Of a stretch of 64,000 bases of DNA, positions 1 to 9,700 are shown one piece after another. Source of the DNA: Mayamaea pseudoterrestris. Lineage: Eukaryota. The notes beneath the pieces are model-generated. The model worked only from the letters and a program-made list of their open reading frames with translations, had not been told where the DNA came from and did not search any database. Both the position numbers and the translations under genes were made by a program. The stretch lies in NCBI GenBank assembly GCA_027923505.1, contig BROI01000029.1, positions 124,001 through 188,000 on the forward strand, read 5' to 3'. Position 1 is the first letter of the stretch. Every line of letters begins with the position of its first letter.

Positions 1-108
1 CAAGCCTACCATCTGGTAGCACCGCCTAAATAACGATGTTGGCACCATTCTGGTGTATTTGGGACACCTACAGGGCTTGCTGTAGGGGCGTTTGAATGTC
101 ACGGCATC
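1..108. repeat. Partial 169-bp satellite monomer (subfamily A); array continues beyond the left window edge
   Basis: Matches monomers at 6707-8300, including the A-type segment CACCTACAGGGCTTGCTGTAGG; ends at ...GTCACGGCATC immediately before the LTR TG. Confidence 0.9.
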
Positions 109-505
109 TGTAACACCGTTGACGATTTCGCAGTCAACGTCTTACCTCCAAAAAGCTCCGATACAGGGTCCTTGGCCACGGTCTGTACAGCTCTTGATGG
201 AGATGGCTCGTCGAATAGTCTTGCGCTCGCCACTACACGAATACGACTGCACTCTCGTCGCAAACTAGTAGTTCTATATTGTGAGCTTATCGCTACATCG
301 CTACATCGACCACTCGGAAGATCATCCGATCAATCCGTTTCTTTCAATCACATTACATCAGTCGTAACTGGTCGTTCCATTCATACAACGCATCCACACG
401 ACGGTTGCGCACTTTCTTCATTCACATGTCACATACGACAGCTGCGGACTCGACACAAGCTAATTAGGGTTCGGGCTCTTGACTTCGCCGCTCTGCGACT
501 TGTCA
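109..505 (-). repeat. 3' LTR (397 bp, TG...CA termini)
   Basis: TGTAACACC...CGACTTGTCA on +; homologous to 6388-6706; bordered by the PPT. The pol stop codon (460) lies inside it. Confidence 0.88.
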
Positions 506-3500
506 CTCCCCTCGGGTACGCTGCTGGTCGTAGCCGCATTCTTGTCCTTCACAATCGCATACGATGTATCGCCGCGCCAAAACAATACTGGCTTGAGCAA
601 TGGCATCGCATCACAGTACGGCAGGTACTTCGTCAGTACGTCCGCAATGTTCTCCTTTCCGTCAATCTTCACAAACTTGATAATCCCCGCAGCAACTGCC
701 CAACGAACACGATGGTAGGCCAACGCATTGTGTCGCTTGGACAATGTCGAACTCGGGATTGTAGATTGTGTAATCACTGCTTGGTTGTCTCCGTACATCC
801 AGGCAGACTTCTCCAATGGTACGCCCATAGCCATGAGCGACGCGCGTAGAGAAATGCTGATATCCGTTCCACTCTTTGCTACGCCGAATTCCGATCCGAA
901 GGTCGCAGTCTCGACTGTAGCCTGGAGTTTGCAATGCCAGTCGACAGGCGTCTGGTTGACAAATGACAAAACTCCTTCCAATGACTTGCCTGTCACCATG
1001 CAATGCATGAGACACGCATCCTCGAAAGTTGATGTTCGTACAGTCACACCCTTTGGCGGTGGGTAGACGTCCAACATCTCATCAACTCCGTCCTTCCCGT
1101 AAACGCTGCGCTCCCAATCTTGTTCCTCCATGGTGCCGAAGTGCTCCTCGTTGGCTGGCCACTTCGTACGGAAACGGATTGCTGCGTCCGGTAACTCTCG
1201 TAAATATCCACAGACTCGCTTCACCCGCTGCAGGTGTCCCTTGCGCGGCTCCACACGGAATCGCGACAGACTCACAACTGCAACGGCAATGTCAAATCGT
1301 CCCAAAGTAATCGCCCACTGAAGTGCTCCGACTAGAGACTGGTAAATCTTCTTCTCTTGGTCGTTCAGTAGCTCGCTTTGGTCAAGTTCTGGATGATCGT
1401 CTTTGTCGATTGGTGATGAGTACTTCTTCGGAGGACCTTCAAACAAACGCTCGTACTGCGCCAAGAGTTTCGCAACGTAGGTCTTGGCCGACCAGTAAAG
1501 AGTTCCGTCAGGGTCTCGTCCAAAGTCACCGCCGAGATGATACTCGGGATGTCCAACACCTTTGAGCTTAAACTTGTACTTCTCCTCTAGCATCTTGAAG
1601 AACGCTGCTGGATCGTCTGAAATATTCAACAGATCGTCGACCCATACACAGAGGTAGTCGTAGCTGTCGCCGGCGTCCTTGATCCACAGATCGGAATCGC
1701 AATAGGACGGCTTCCACCCTTCCGCAAGTAGGGCGTCGGCTAAGCGTTCGTGAAATCGTGCTCCGCTCGTTCGCAATCCGTACAAAGCCTTGACGATGAC
1801 CAGGATGTGTCCTTCGCGCTCCCCGAACTCGGGGCCTCCAACGAAGTATACCTTCTCCTTGGTGAACGCTTCGAGATAAGCATTCCCAATGTCACCGACC
1901 ATGCACTTCTTGCCGTTCGCTTCTCCAATGACGAGAGCTAGACGCATTGCCTTCAATGAGATAACACTGGAGTAGGCATCGTCGTTGTCTTTCGTCATGT
2001 GGCCGCCTGCAACGAGACGTGCCTTGTATCGCAAATCGTGCTTGACATCGTACACAAAATGGACTCGGATCTTTTGGTAACCAGTTGGTGGTGTTGTGGT
2101 GGAACTCGGACCAAGATCTTGAAACGTCTCGTACTCGTCCAGGTTCGCAAGCTCCACGCCTTCCGCATCCGTCCACTTCGTGTGCCCTGCAGCTTCCTGC
2201 AAACGTCGCGCTTCCTTCCAATCTCGGGGTACTTGGACTCCAAACTTGTAGCGCGGTCCGTTCTTCTGCTGCTCCATTCGGGCGGTCGCCACCTTGCGCG
2301 CAACCTTCTTGGCGTTCCGGGCCCATCGATTCAACGATGCCCATCCGTCCTTGTCGAGAAGATTATGCTTTTGCGCGTAGGCTGCCACTGATACTTTGTC
2401 GCTTTCGATCATCGCGTTGAGAGGCTCCCAAGTCTTGGATCCATCGTCCCATTGTACAAGGACGTTCCACTTGGAATGCTTCCAGTTCTTCGACTTGCTC
2501 GTCAGCGGACCCTGATGGTCTAGAATCTCCTTGAAGAACCATTTACGCTCAGGATTCGCCATGTCTTGGTTCACTTCGGCCTCGTAGAGATCGGAAACCT
2601 CGACATACGACATGACTTCGTCCGCTTCGCCGTTACCAAGCTTCAGCATCATTTTAATGTTCTGATGGTTCTGGGCGTCGCGGTTGTTCAGCTTGCTCAT
2701 GACGGTCGCTCGAACTTCTTGCCCGTCGTCCGTCTTCATGAGAAACGACTTGCCGATAAGTTCATCGGGTGCATACTTCGGGAGTTTGCGCCACGGATTG
2801 ATGTTCTTCTTCTTCGGCTTGTCGTCGTCGTCATCGGCAGGATTAGGATCTAGCTCCCCGTCGGTCATATCGTCGTCTTCCGGGTATTCCACCGTCTCGA
2901 CCAAAGGGGTATCGTCTTCGTCAGGAATGAAAGAATCATCGTCTCTGCTGTCGGCGTCGGTAATCTTCTTGATCATTTCCGGCATAAGGATCTCGCCACC
3001 TAGACCAGGTACGGTATAGAGACGCGGCTCCCCTTCTTTCATGACTGGGGAAGCAGGTGCCGGTACGCGAAGGTTCAAAAATTTTGGGTCATTTCGGGGT
3101 AAGCAAACCGATCGCGTCATGATCTCGTGGGTCTCGCAATCGCAGATGAAGTACGTCAGGTCGTCTCCGCACGTCGTGTTGGGACCAAGCCAGTACGCCG
3201 CGCGCTGGCGGGTACCCGGGGCCTCGACATCCTTGACAAAGTAGTTGACAATTTCAAACCAACGAAAATGCAAATACTTCGACACGTCGGGGACTTGCCC
3301 AGTGATAAACTCGATGGGAGACTTGCCGTCCAAGGCAGGATGCGACAAATTTTGGTACATCTCGGTCTGAAAGAGTAAAGCGCGTAGCCAGAAGCATGCC
3401 GGAGTGCCCGTTCGGTCCATAAGTCTTTCATGACTTTCCTTTACGTGCCCGATGATGCGCTCGGCTGGGTTTTGATTCTGGTAGTACGGCTCCGATGTAT

Positions 3501-5121
3501 GACGACGGCGAATCATGAACTCGCGCATTACTTCGTCAAACTCGGCACTCATCGCTTCTTTCGCATTATCCGAGAAGACTTCCAACGGAGCTCCAAACTC
3601 GCGGATGAAATCACGGAATCGTTTCGGTACGTCACCTTTCGTCCGCATGGGATACACGACAATGATCTGACTGCGACAACCATAGAATAGCTGCACGCAT
3701 GTGCACCCTGCATGTCCGTCGATATGGTCATCCATGGCAGGTTCGTCGAAGAACATGGTGTCATGGGCCACTCGATCATCTAGACGGTAGACGTTCAGGA
3801 ATCGGCTCTTTCGATGCATTCGTGGGGGGTATCGGCGCTCGTGCATGTTGAACTGCGTGCTATGGCGCAAAGTATCCTTGATCGTCTGCGCCGGGTACCA
3901 TGCAAAGTTCGGCAGCAATGCGTCGATATCAGGTTTCTTTGGCAGGATAGACTTGTAGGGCTGATAGACGAGATCCGCATTGTACTTCTGTACGACGGCA
4001 CAAACATTCAGCTCCTTCTCGGTGTAAACAGGTTGATTGTCGTGTCCGAGATTCGTATAAGTCACGTTGCTTTGACGATGGGTGCGATTCCGCGTACGCG
4101 AACGTGTCACGCGCGTAAAACCCTCTTCGTCGTCACTGTCTTCGTCGTCTTCGTCGCGCGACAACAAGTCCGGTACGTCGTCCTCGTCGTCATCGTCATC
4201 CGAAGAGTCATAGTCGTCGTCCTCGGTCGGCTCGACGTCAAACTCATTCGGATCCCAAGGTCCATCGAAGGTCATCATGACCCGAGGTAAGGTGTGAAGC
4301 TCATGCGCCGACACTGGAAACATTGGCAAGGTCGCCATGCCACTTTCCATTCCGAGCATAAACTTGTATCCATCTGGCGTTTCGATTCGTAACTTGCCAC
4401 CAAAGTTGTAATGCTTATCGTTGACATGAAGTCCGAAGGCTTCCATCTGCATACTCGAATGAATCGTCTTGCCGGTTCCAGAATATGCGTAATTATGGAA
4501 CTCGCCGACGACCCAACCCTTGGTGCTCTTAAGCTTGGCGACTGCTGTGACGGTAGACAGGTCCGGAAGCTTGAGACCACCGACTCCAGTGACTTCAATC
4601 TTGTGGAACTTGTCCTCGGTAAGGATGCGGCCGTCCGCTCCCCATACTCCGCCACTCGCGCCGCGATCGACAGTCGACGCTGAATGCTTATCCAAGTCAA
4701 TGCTCGCGACTTTGTACTTGCGACTCTGAGCGATATTCGCTCCCCGAGTCGTAGTCGTGGGCTGGTCTGGACCTAAGAAACTTCGCATCGCTGAGCCACG
4801 GCTGGTGTTGTTCCACCGTTCGGTCGCCGCACTCGCCGTCGTTGCCGCTGATGAAGTGGCTGCGACGTTTGCGTTGCGTGTTGTACTCGTCGTCTGCGTG
4901 GTGCCTGCCTGTGTTGCTGATGTCAAACCACCTGCAGCACTGGCCGCTCGACTCGTACCACGGCGTTCAAACACTTCGTGTTGCTGATCGCGGGTAAGGA
5001 GTCGCCACGTGTTTGGTGGAATCGTCGCATTCACGTCGCTGGGAATTTCGATTGTCTTCGTGTCGGCATAGCTGCGAACATACGTACGAGTATCTCCCCA
5101 CCGGCCGCTGCCGCCGCCTCG
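460..5121 (-). CDS. pol: Copia Pol polyprotein (protease, integrase, chromodomain-like, RT, RNase H); no ATG of its own, probably part of a gag-pol fusion
   Basis: 1524-aa ORF (track 460-5034; frame open to 5121). Protease VDRGA; integrase D-D-E (AHDT...FSDNAKE...QNPAER); EILDH...VLVQWDDGSKTWEPL; RT KARLVAGGH, KALYGL, WVDDLL; RNase H EDA...SEF...GDNQ...NIADVLTK. Confidence 0.93.
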   Translation of the reverse strand, partial: RGGGSGRWGDTRTYVRSYADTKTIEIPSDVNATIPPNTWRLLTRDQQHEVFERRGTSRAASAAGGLTSATQAGTTQTTSTTRNANVAATSSAATTASAATERWNNTSRGSAMRSFLGPDQPTTTTRGANIAQSRKYKVASIDLDKHSASTVDRGASGGVWGADGRILTEDKFHKIEVTGVGGLKLPDLSTVTAVAKLKSTKGWVVGEFHNYAYSGTGKTIHSSMQMEAFGLHVNDKHYNFGGKLRIETPDGYKFMLGMESGMATLPMFPVSAHELHTLPRVMMTFDGPWDPNEFDVEPTEDDDYDSSDDDDDEDDVPDLLSRDEDDEDSDDEEGFTRVTRSRTRNRTHRQSNVTYTNLGHDNQPVYTEKELNVCAVVQKYNADLVYQPYKSILPKKPDIDALLPNFAWYPAQTIKDTLRHSTQFNMHERRYPPRMHRKSRFLNVYRLDDRVAHDTMFFDEPAMDDHIDGHAGCTCVQLFYGCRSQIIVVYPMRTKGDVPKRFRDFIREFGAPLEVFSDNAKEAMSAEFDEVMREFMIRRRHTSEPYYQNQNPAERIIGHVKESHERLMDRTGTPACFWLRALLFQTEMYQNLSHPALDGKSPIEFITGQVPDVSKYLHFRWFEIVNYFVKDVEAPGTRQRAAYWLGPNTTCGDDLTYFICDCETHEIMTRSVCLPRNDPKFLNLRVPAPASPVMKEGEPRLYTVPGLGGEILMPEMIKKITDADSRDDDSFIPDEDDTPLVETVEYPEDDDMTDGELDPNPADDDDDKPKKKNINPWRKLPKYAPDELIGKSFLMKTDDGQEVRATVMSKLNNRDAQNHQNIKMMLKLGNGEADEVMSYVEVSDLYEAEVNQDMANPERKWFFKEILDHQGPLTSKSKNWKHSKWNVLVQWDDGSKTWEPLNAMIESDKVSVAAYAQKHNLLDKDGWASLNRWARNAKKVARKVATARMEQQKNGPRYKFGVQVPRDWKEARRLQEAAGHTKWTDAEGVELANLDEYETFQDLGPSSTTTPPTGYQKIRVHFVYDVKHDLRYKARLVAGGHMTKDNDDAYSSVISLKAMRLALVIGEANGKKCMVGDIGNAYLEAFTKEKVYFVGGPEFGEREGHILVIVKALYGLRTSGARFHERLADALLAEGWKPSYCDSDLWIKDAGDSYDYLCVWVDDLLNISDDPAAFFKMLEEKYKFKLKGVGHPEYHLGGDFGRDPDGTLYWSAKTYVAKLLAQYERLFEGPPKKYSSPIDKDDHPELDQSELLNDQEKKIYQSLVGALQWAITLGRFDIAVAVVSLSRFRVEPRKGHLQRVKRVCGYLRELPDAAIRFRTKWPANEEHFGTMEEQDWERSVYGKDGVDEMLDVYPPPKGVTVRTSTFEDACLMHCMVTGKSLEGVLSFVNQTPVDWHCKLQATVETATFGSEFGVAKSGTDISISLRASLMAMGVPLEKSAWMYGDNQAVITQSTIPSSTLSKRHNALAYHRVRWAVAAGIIKFVKIDGKENIADVLTKYLPYCDAMPLLKPVLFWRGDTSYAIVKDKNAATTSSVPEGSDKSQSGEVKSPNPN
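506..513 (-). other. Polypurine tract GAGGGGAG
   Basis: Directly abuts the TGACAA start of the 3' LTR on the minus strand. Confidence 0.8.
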
Positions 5122-6297
5122 TCACTGCTCAAGTCGCCGCGACCACCGCCCCTTGATTGGATTGCTGATTGTTGCTGCTACCGTAGACTGGGAATTGTTC
5201 GCGCTTGCCTTCTTCGTCTTCTCCTTCTCTTTCTTGGTCTGCTCAGATTGGTTCGCCTGACGCTTCTCGGTCTCCTTGATGCCACGACGATTGTCAGATT
5301 GACGTGCGACGTCGTTCAGGAGGTTCCAAAACTGGGTGTACGTCATCGGGTTTCCGGTCTTGGACTCTTCGATCAGCGCCATGTTCACCGCCGATGCCAT
5401 ATCCGCATGGCGGAAAACCGCGCGCTCAAAATCTGACGCTTCGTGCTTGCTGTAAGTAGCTCGGTTTCGGCGTAGTCATTGTAGTTCTCTTCCTTGCTGG
5501 ACCACTGGATAAGCCAATTGACGAGAGACTTGGCGTAACTCGCGTCGAGAGTGAATTGCGCCATTCGTCTTCGGCCGAACGTAGATCCAACTTGCGCCAT
5601 CCCGTCGAGAATGTCGCCTCCAACTCTGCAATGCACGCTGAGGCATTCCGCTGTCGATGTGCTTGCGGACAATGAGCTTGCTCTGCGGTGTCTTGCAGGT
5701 ATACTCGAGCGCCGCTAAAAGCTTCGAACACTGATACTGATACTCGGCGAATTCGGGCTCGAGTGCAGCTGGTGCCTTGAACTCGTCGTCCCAAAAGTAG
5801 CCAAGTCGCTCCGCTTCCATGCGGTTCTTGAAGGCCCGCCAGTAGGAGCAGAACTTGTGATCGTTCTTGAGCTCCAGCATGGTCTTCAGATCCAGCTTGA
5901 TGTCGTGTCGTTTCGTCGTGGTGTCGTTGCCTCCGATAACGCTGAAGTCTCCGAAACTGCGGTTGCCTGCTGTCGGTGACCCCGCGCTGCTGGGAGGTCT
6001 CGGCTCGTAATCTGGTCTTTCTCCGAGGTCTTGCCATTGCGCAGTCGTCCGACGTTGCTCGTGAATCCAACTCACGAGCTTGCGCAATCCGGCTTGTTCG
6101 TATCGTTCGACCACTGGTGCTGGGTCTTAATGTTCGTCACGTCTTGTTCCGACAGCTCGGCCATCGCCTCCGCAGTCGTGAGTTCCTCTTGCCAAACACA
6201 CTGCGGTAGGGTCGTTTGGTCCCAAGCTGCGGACGCTACGAGCCACGAATATCGAAGACTTTACCGACCGCACGCTTGTAGGTCTAATCGTCGTCAT
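5122..6297 (-). pseudogene. gag: gag region broken into several frames (frameshifted in this sequence)
   Basis: Overlapping fragments 5476-6114, 5385-5672 and 5122-5400 lie between the 5' LTR and pol; candidate ATG at 6297. Frameshifts may be assembly errors. Confidence 0.65.
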
Positions 6298-6387
6298 GGT
6301 GGAGGTTGATCAGAGGAATCGGACTCGCTGCAGACGAATGTGTCACGATAGCTCCTTCGCTCGTTCTAGCTCTCAAAGGCACTGAAA

Positions 6388-6706
6388 TGTAATCTAACAC
6401 CGTTGACGATTTCAGTCAACGTCTTGCCTCCAAAAGCTCCGATACAGGGTCCGCGGTCTGTACAGCTCTTGATGGAGATGGCTCGTCGAATAGTCTTGCG
6501 CTCGCCACTCGAATACCACCTCCCGACAACCAGTAGTTCTATATTGTGAGCTTCATCGCACATCGCCGCCCACTCGGAAGATCATCCGATCAATCCGTTT
6601 CTTTCAATCACATTACATCAGTGCGTGACTGGTCGTTCCATTATACAACGCCCACACGTCTTGCCTTTCTTCTCTTCGGGCTCTTCGCCCCTTCGCTCGC
6701 TTGTCA
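6388..6706 (-). repeat. 5' LTR (~319 bp, deletion-ridden relative to the 3' LTR)
   Basis: Colinear with 109-505 (TAACACCGTTGACGATTTC...CACTCGGAAGATCATCCGATCAATCC...CTTGTCA). Inner boundary uncertain (6388 or 6393). Confidence 0.8.
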
Positions 6707-9700
6707 TCTCCGGCTGAGACTGGTGACAAGTTGTCACCAAATACATTGCCATCTCCTGTGATACTACCCCAGCCTACCATCTCGTAGCGCGCCTGAATAA
6801 CGATTTGGCACCATTCTGGTGTAATTTGGGCACCTACAGGGCTTGCTGTAGGGGTGTTTGAATGTCACATCTGGGCTGAGACTGGTACAAGTTGTCCCAA
6901 ATATTACCATCCCCGGAGACACCCACCAAGCCTACCATCTTGTCGCGCAGCCTGAATAATGATGTTGGCACCATTCTGGTGTTTTTGGGCACCTACAGGG
7001 CTTGCTGTAGGGGCGTTTGAATGTCACGGCGTCTGCGGGCTGAGACTGGTGACAAGTTGTCACCAAATACATTGCCATCCCGGAGACACCATCCAAGCCT
7101 ACCATCTTGTAGCGCAGCCTGAATAATGATGTTGGCAGCATTCTGGTGTATTTTGGGCACCTACAGGGCTTGCTGTAGGGGCGTTTGAATGTCACAGCAT
7201 CTGCGGGCTGAGACTGGTGACAAGTTGTCACCTAATACATTGCCAACCCATGAGACACCAGCCAAGCCTACCATCTTGTTGCGCAGCCTGAATAATGATG
7301 TTGTCACCATTCTGGTGTAATTTGGACACCTACAGGGCTTGCTGTAGGGGCGTTTGAATGTCCCGGCATCTGCGGCCTGAGACTGGTCACAGGTTGTCAC
7401 CAAATACATTGCCCCCCCCCCGACACCCCAGCCAACCCCATCTTGTAGAGCAGCCTAATTAATGATTTTGGCGCCTGCTGGACTATTGGACCACACAGGG
7501 CTTGCTGTAGGTGTGTTTGAATGTCATCGGCGGACTGAGACTGGTGACAAGTTGTCCCAAATACATTGCCATCCCGGAGACACCAGCCAAGCCTACCATC
7601 TTGTTGCGGCAGCCTGAACAATGATGTTGGCACCATTCGTGGTGTATTTGGGGCACCTACAGGGCTTGCTGTAGGGGCGTTTGAATGTCATGGCATCAGT
7701 GGGCTGCGACTGGTGACAAGTTGTCACCAAATACATTGCCATCCCCGGAGACACCAGCCAAGCTTACCATCTTGTAGCGCAGCCTGAAAAATGATTTTGG
7801 CACCATTCTGGTGTATTTGGGCGTTGTGTAGGCGCATCTGCGGGCTGAGACTGGTGAGAAGCTGTCACCAAATACATTGCCATCCCCTGAGACACCTGCC
7901 AAGCCTACCATCTTGTAGCGCAGCCTGAATAATGATGTTTACACCATTCTGGTGTATTTTGGGCACCTACAGGGCTTGCTGTAGGGGCGTTTGAATGTCA
8001 TGGCGTCTGCGGGCTGAGACTGGTGACAGGTTGTCACCAAAAACATTGCCATCCCCTGAGACCCACCAAGCCTACCATCTTGTAGCGCAGCCTGAATAAT
8101 GATGTTGGCAGCATTCTGGTGTATTTTGGGCACCTACAGGGCTTGCAGTAGGGGCGTTTGAATGTCACGGCATCCGCGGGCTGAGACTGGTGAGAAGTTG
8201 TCACCAAATACATTGCCAACCCATGAGACACCAGCCAAGCCTACCATCTTGTTGCGCAGCCTGAATAATGATGTTGTCACCATTCTGGTGTAATTTGGAC
8301 ACCTATGAGACACCATCTAGGCTTACCATCTTGTAGCACAGCCTAAAAAATGATGTTGGCACGATTCTGGTGTCATTGGTGTATACATGGCTGCTGTGGG
8401 GTGTTTGAAATGTCAAGGCATCTGTGGCTGAGACTGGTGACAAGCTGTCACAACACATTGCTGTCCCAGAACTCTTAGAAGCGCATTGTGTCATTTGGGT
8501 GTATACATGGCTGCTGTAGGGCATTTGAATGTCAAGGCATCTGGCTGAGACTGGTGACAAGTTGTCACCAAATACATTGCAGTCCCCTGAGAAGCCAAAA
8601 TACCCATCATGCAGCGCATCCAATGATGTTGGCACCATTCTGGTGTCATTTGTGTATCCATGGCTGCTGTTGGGGCATTTGAATGTCAAGGCATCTGTAG
8701 GAAGGAGACTGGTGACAAGTTGTCACCAAATACATTGCAGTCCCCTGGAGACACTGTAGCTGTATACATCTCTGCAGCGCAGCTTAATAATGTTGTTGGC
8801 ACCATTTGGTGTCATTTGGGTGTATACATGGCTGCTGTAGGAGATGAGAATGTCAAGGCATCTTGGCTGAGACTGGTGACCAGTTGTCACCAGTCATATT
8901 GCTATCCCCGAGACACCAGCCAGGCATTTCATCTTGTAGCACAGCCTAAATAATGATGTTGGCACCATTCAGGTGTCATTTGGTGTATACATGGCCTGCT
9001 GTAGGGGTGAATGTCAAGGCGAATCGGGGTGATGTGAAAGTTGTCACCAAAAATTGCATCCCCTGAGACACCAGCCATACATTGTAGAGCCAATCATGAT
9101 GTTGGCCATTCTGGTGTCTATTTGGGTGTATACATTGGGTGTTTGAATGCAAGATCTGGTGAGACTGGTGACAAGTTGTTACCAAATACATTCAATCCCC
9201 GAGACAAGAATGAGCACAGAAAGGGCCTTCTGTGTCATTTGGGTGTATACATGGCTGCTGCAGGGTGTTTGAATGTCAAGGCATCAAACAGTTGTCACCA
9301 AATACATTGCGGTCCCCTGAGACACCAGCAGGCATACCATCTTGTAGCGCAGCCTAAAAAATGATGTTGGGATCTGGTGTTTTTGGGTGTATACACGGCC
9401 AGCTGTAGGGCATTTGAATGTCAAGGCATCGGCAGACTGGTGACAAGTTGTACCAAATACATTGCAGTCCCGAGACACCAGAGGATACCACTGTAGCGCA
9501 GCCTGAATAAGATGTTGGACCATTCTGGTGTCATTTGGGTGTATACATGGCCTGTGTAGGGGTATTTGAATGTCATGGATGCGGCAGAGTGACAAGTTGT
9601 CACCAAATACATTGCCGTCCCCGAGACAACAGCAGGCAACCATTTGTAGCGCATCCTTTGTTGGACATCGGTGTCATTGGGTGTTACATGGCCTGTAGGG

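Larger units (their letters stand above)
109..6706 (-). mobile_element. Ty1/copia LTR retrotransposon (diatom CoDi-like) with chromodomain-like module, inserted in the satellite
   Basis: Two direct LTRs (109-505, ~6388-6706), PPT, and gag then PR-INT-RT-RH domain order. Satellite stops at GGCATC and resumes in register at (TC)TCCGGCTGAGACTGGTGAC. Confidence 0.93.

Noticed and set aside
172..849. 225-aa plus-strand ORF and other antisense ORFs over pol and host genes
   Set aside because: Shadow frames with no motifs, overlapping well-supported genes.
5122..5124. In-frame TGA-C between the gag fragment and pol as programmed readthrough
   Set aside because: The surrounding sequence reads more naturally as a Gly/Ser/Asn-rich linker with three 1-nt deletions, in an indel-rich zone; probably error or decay.
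6355..6392. tRNA primer-binding site
   Set aside because: No TGG-starting or otherwise recognisable tRNA-complementary sequence next to the 5' LTR; not called.
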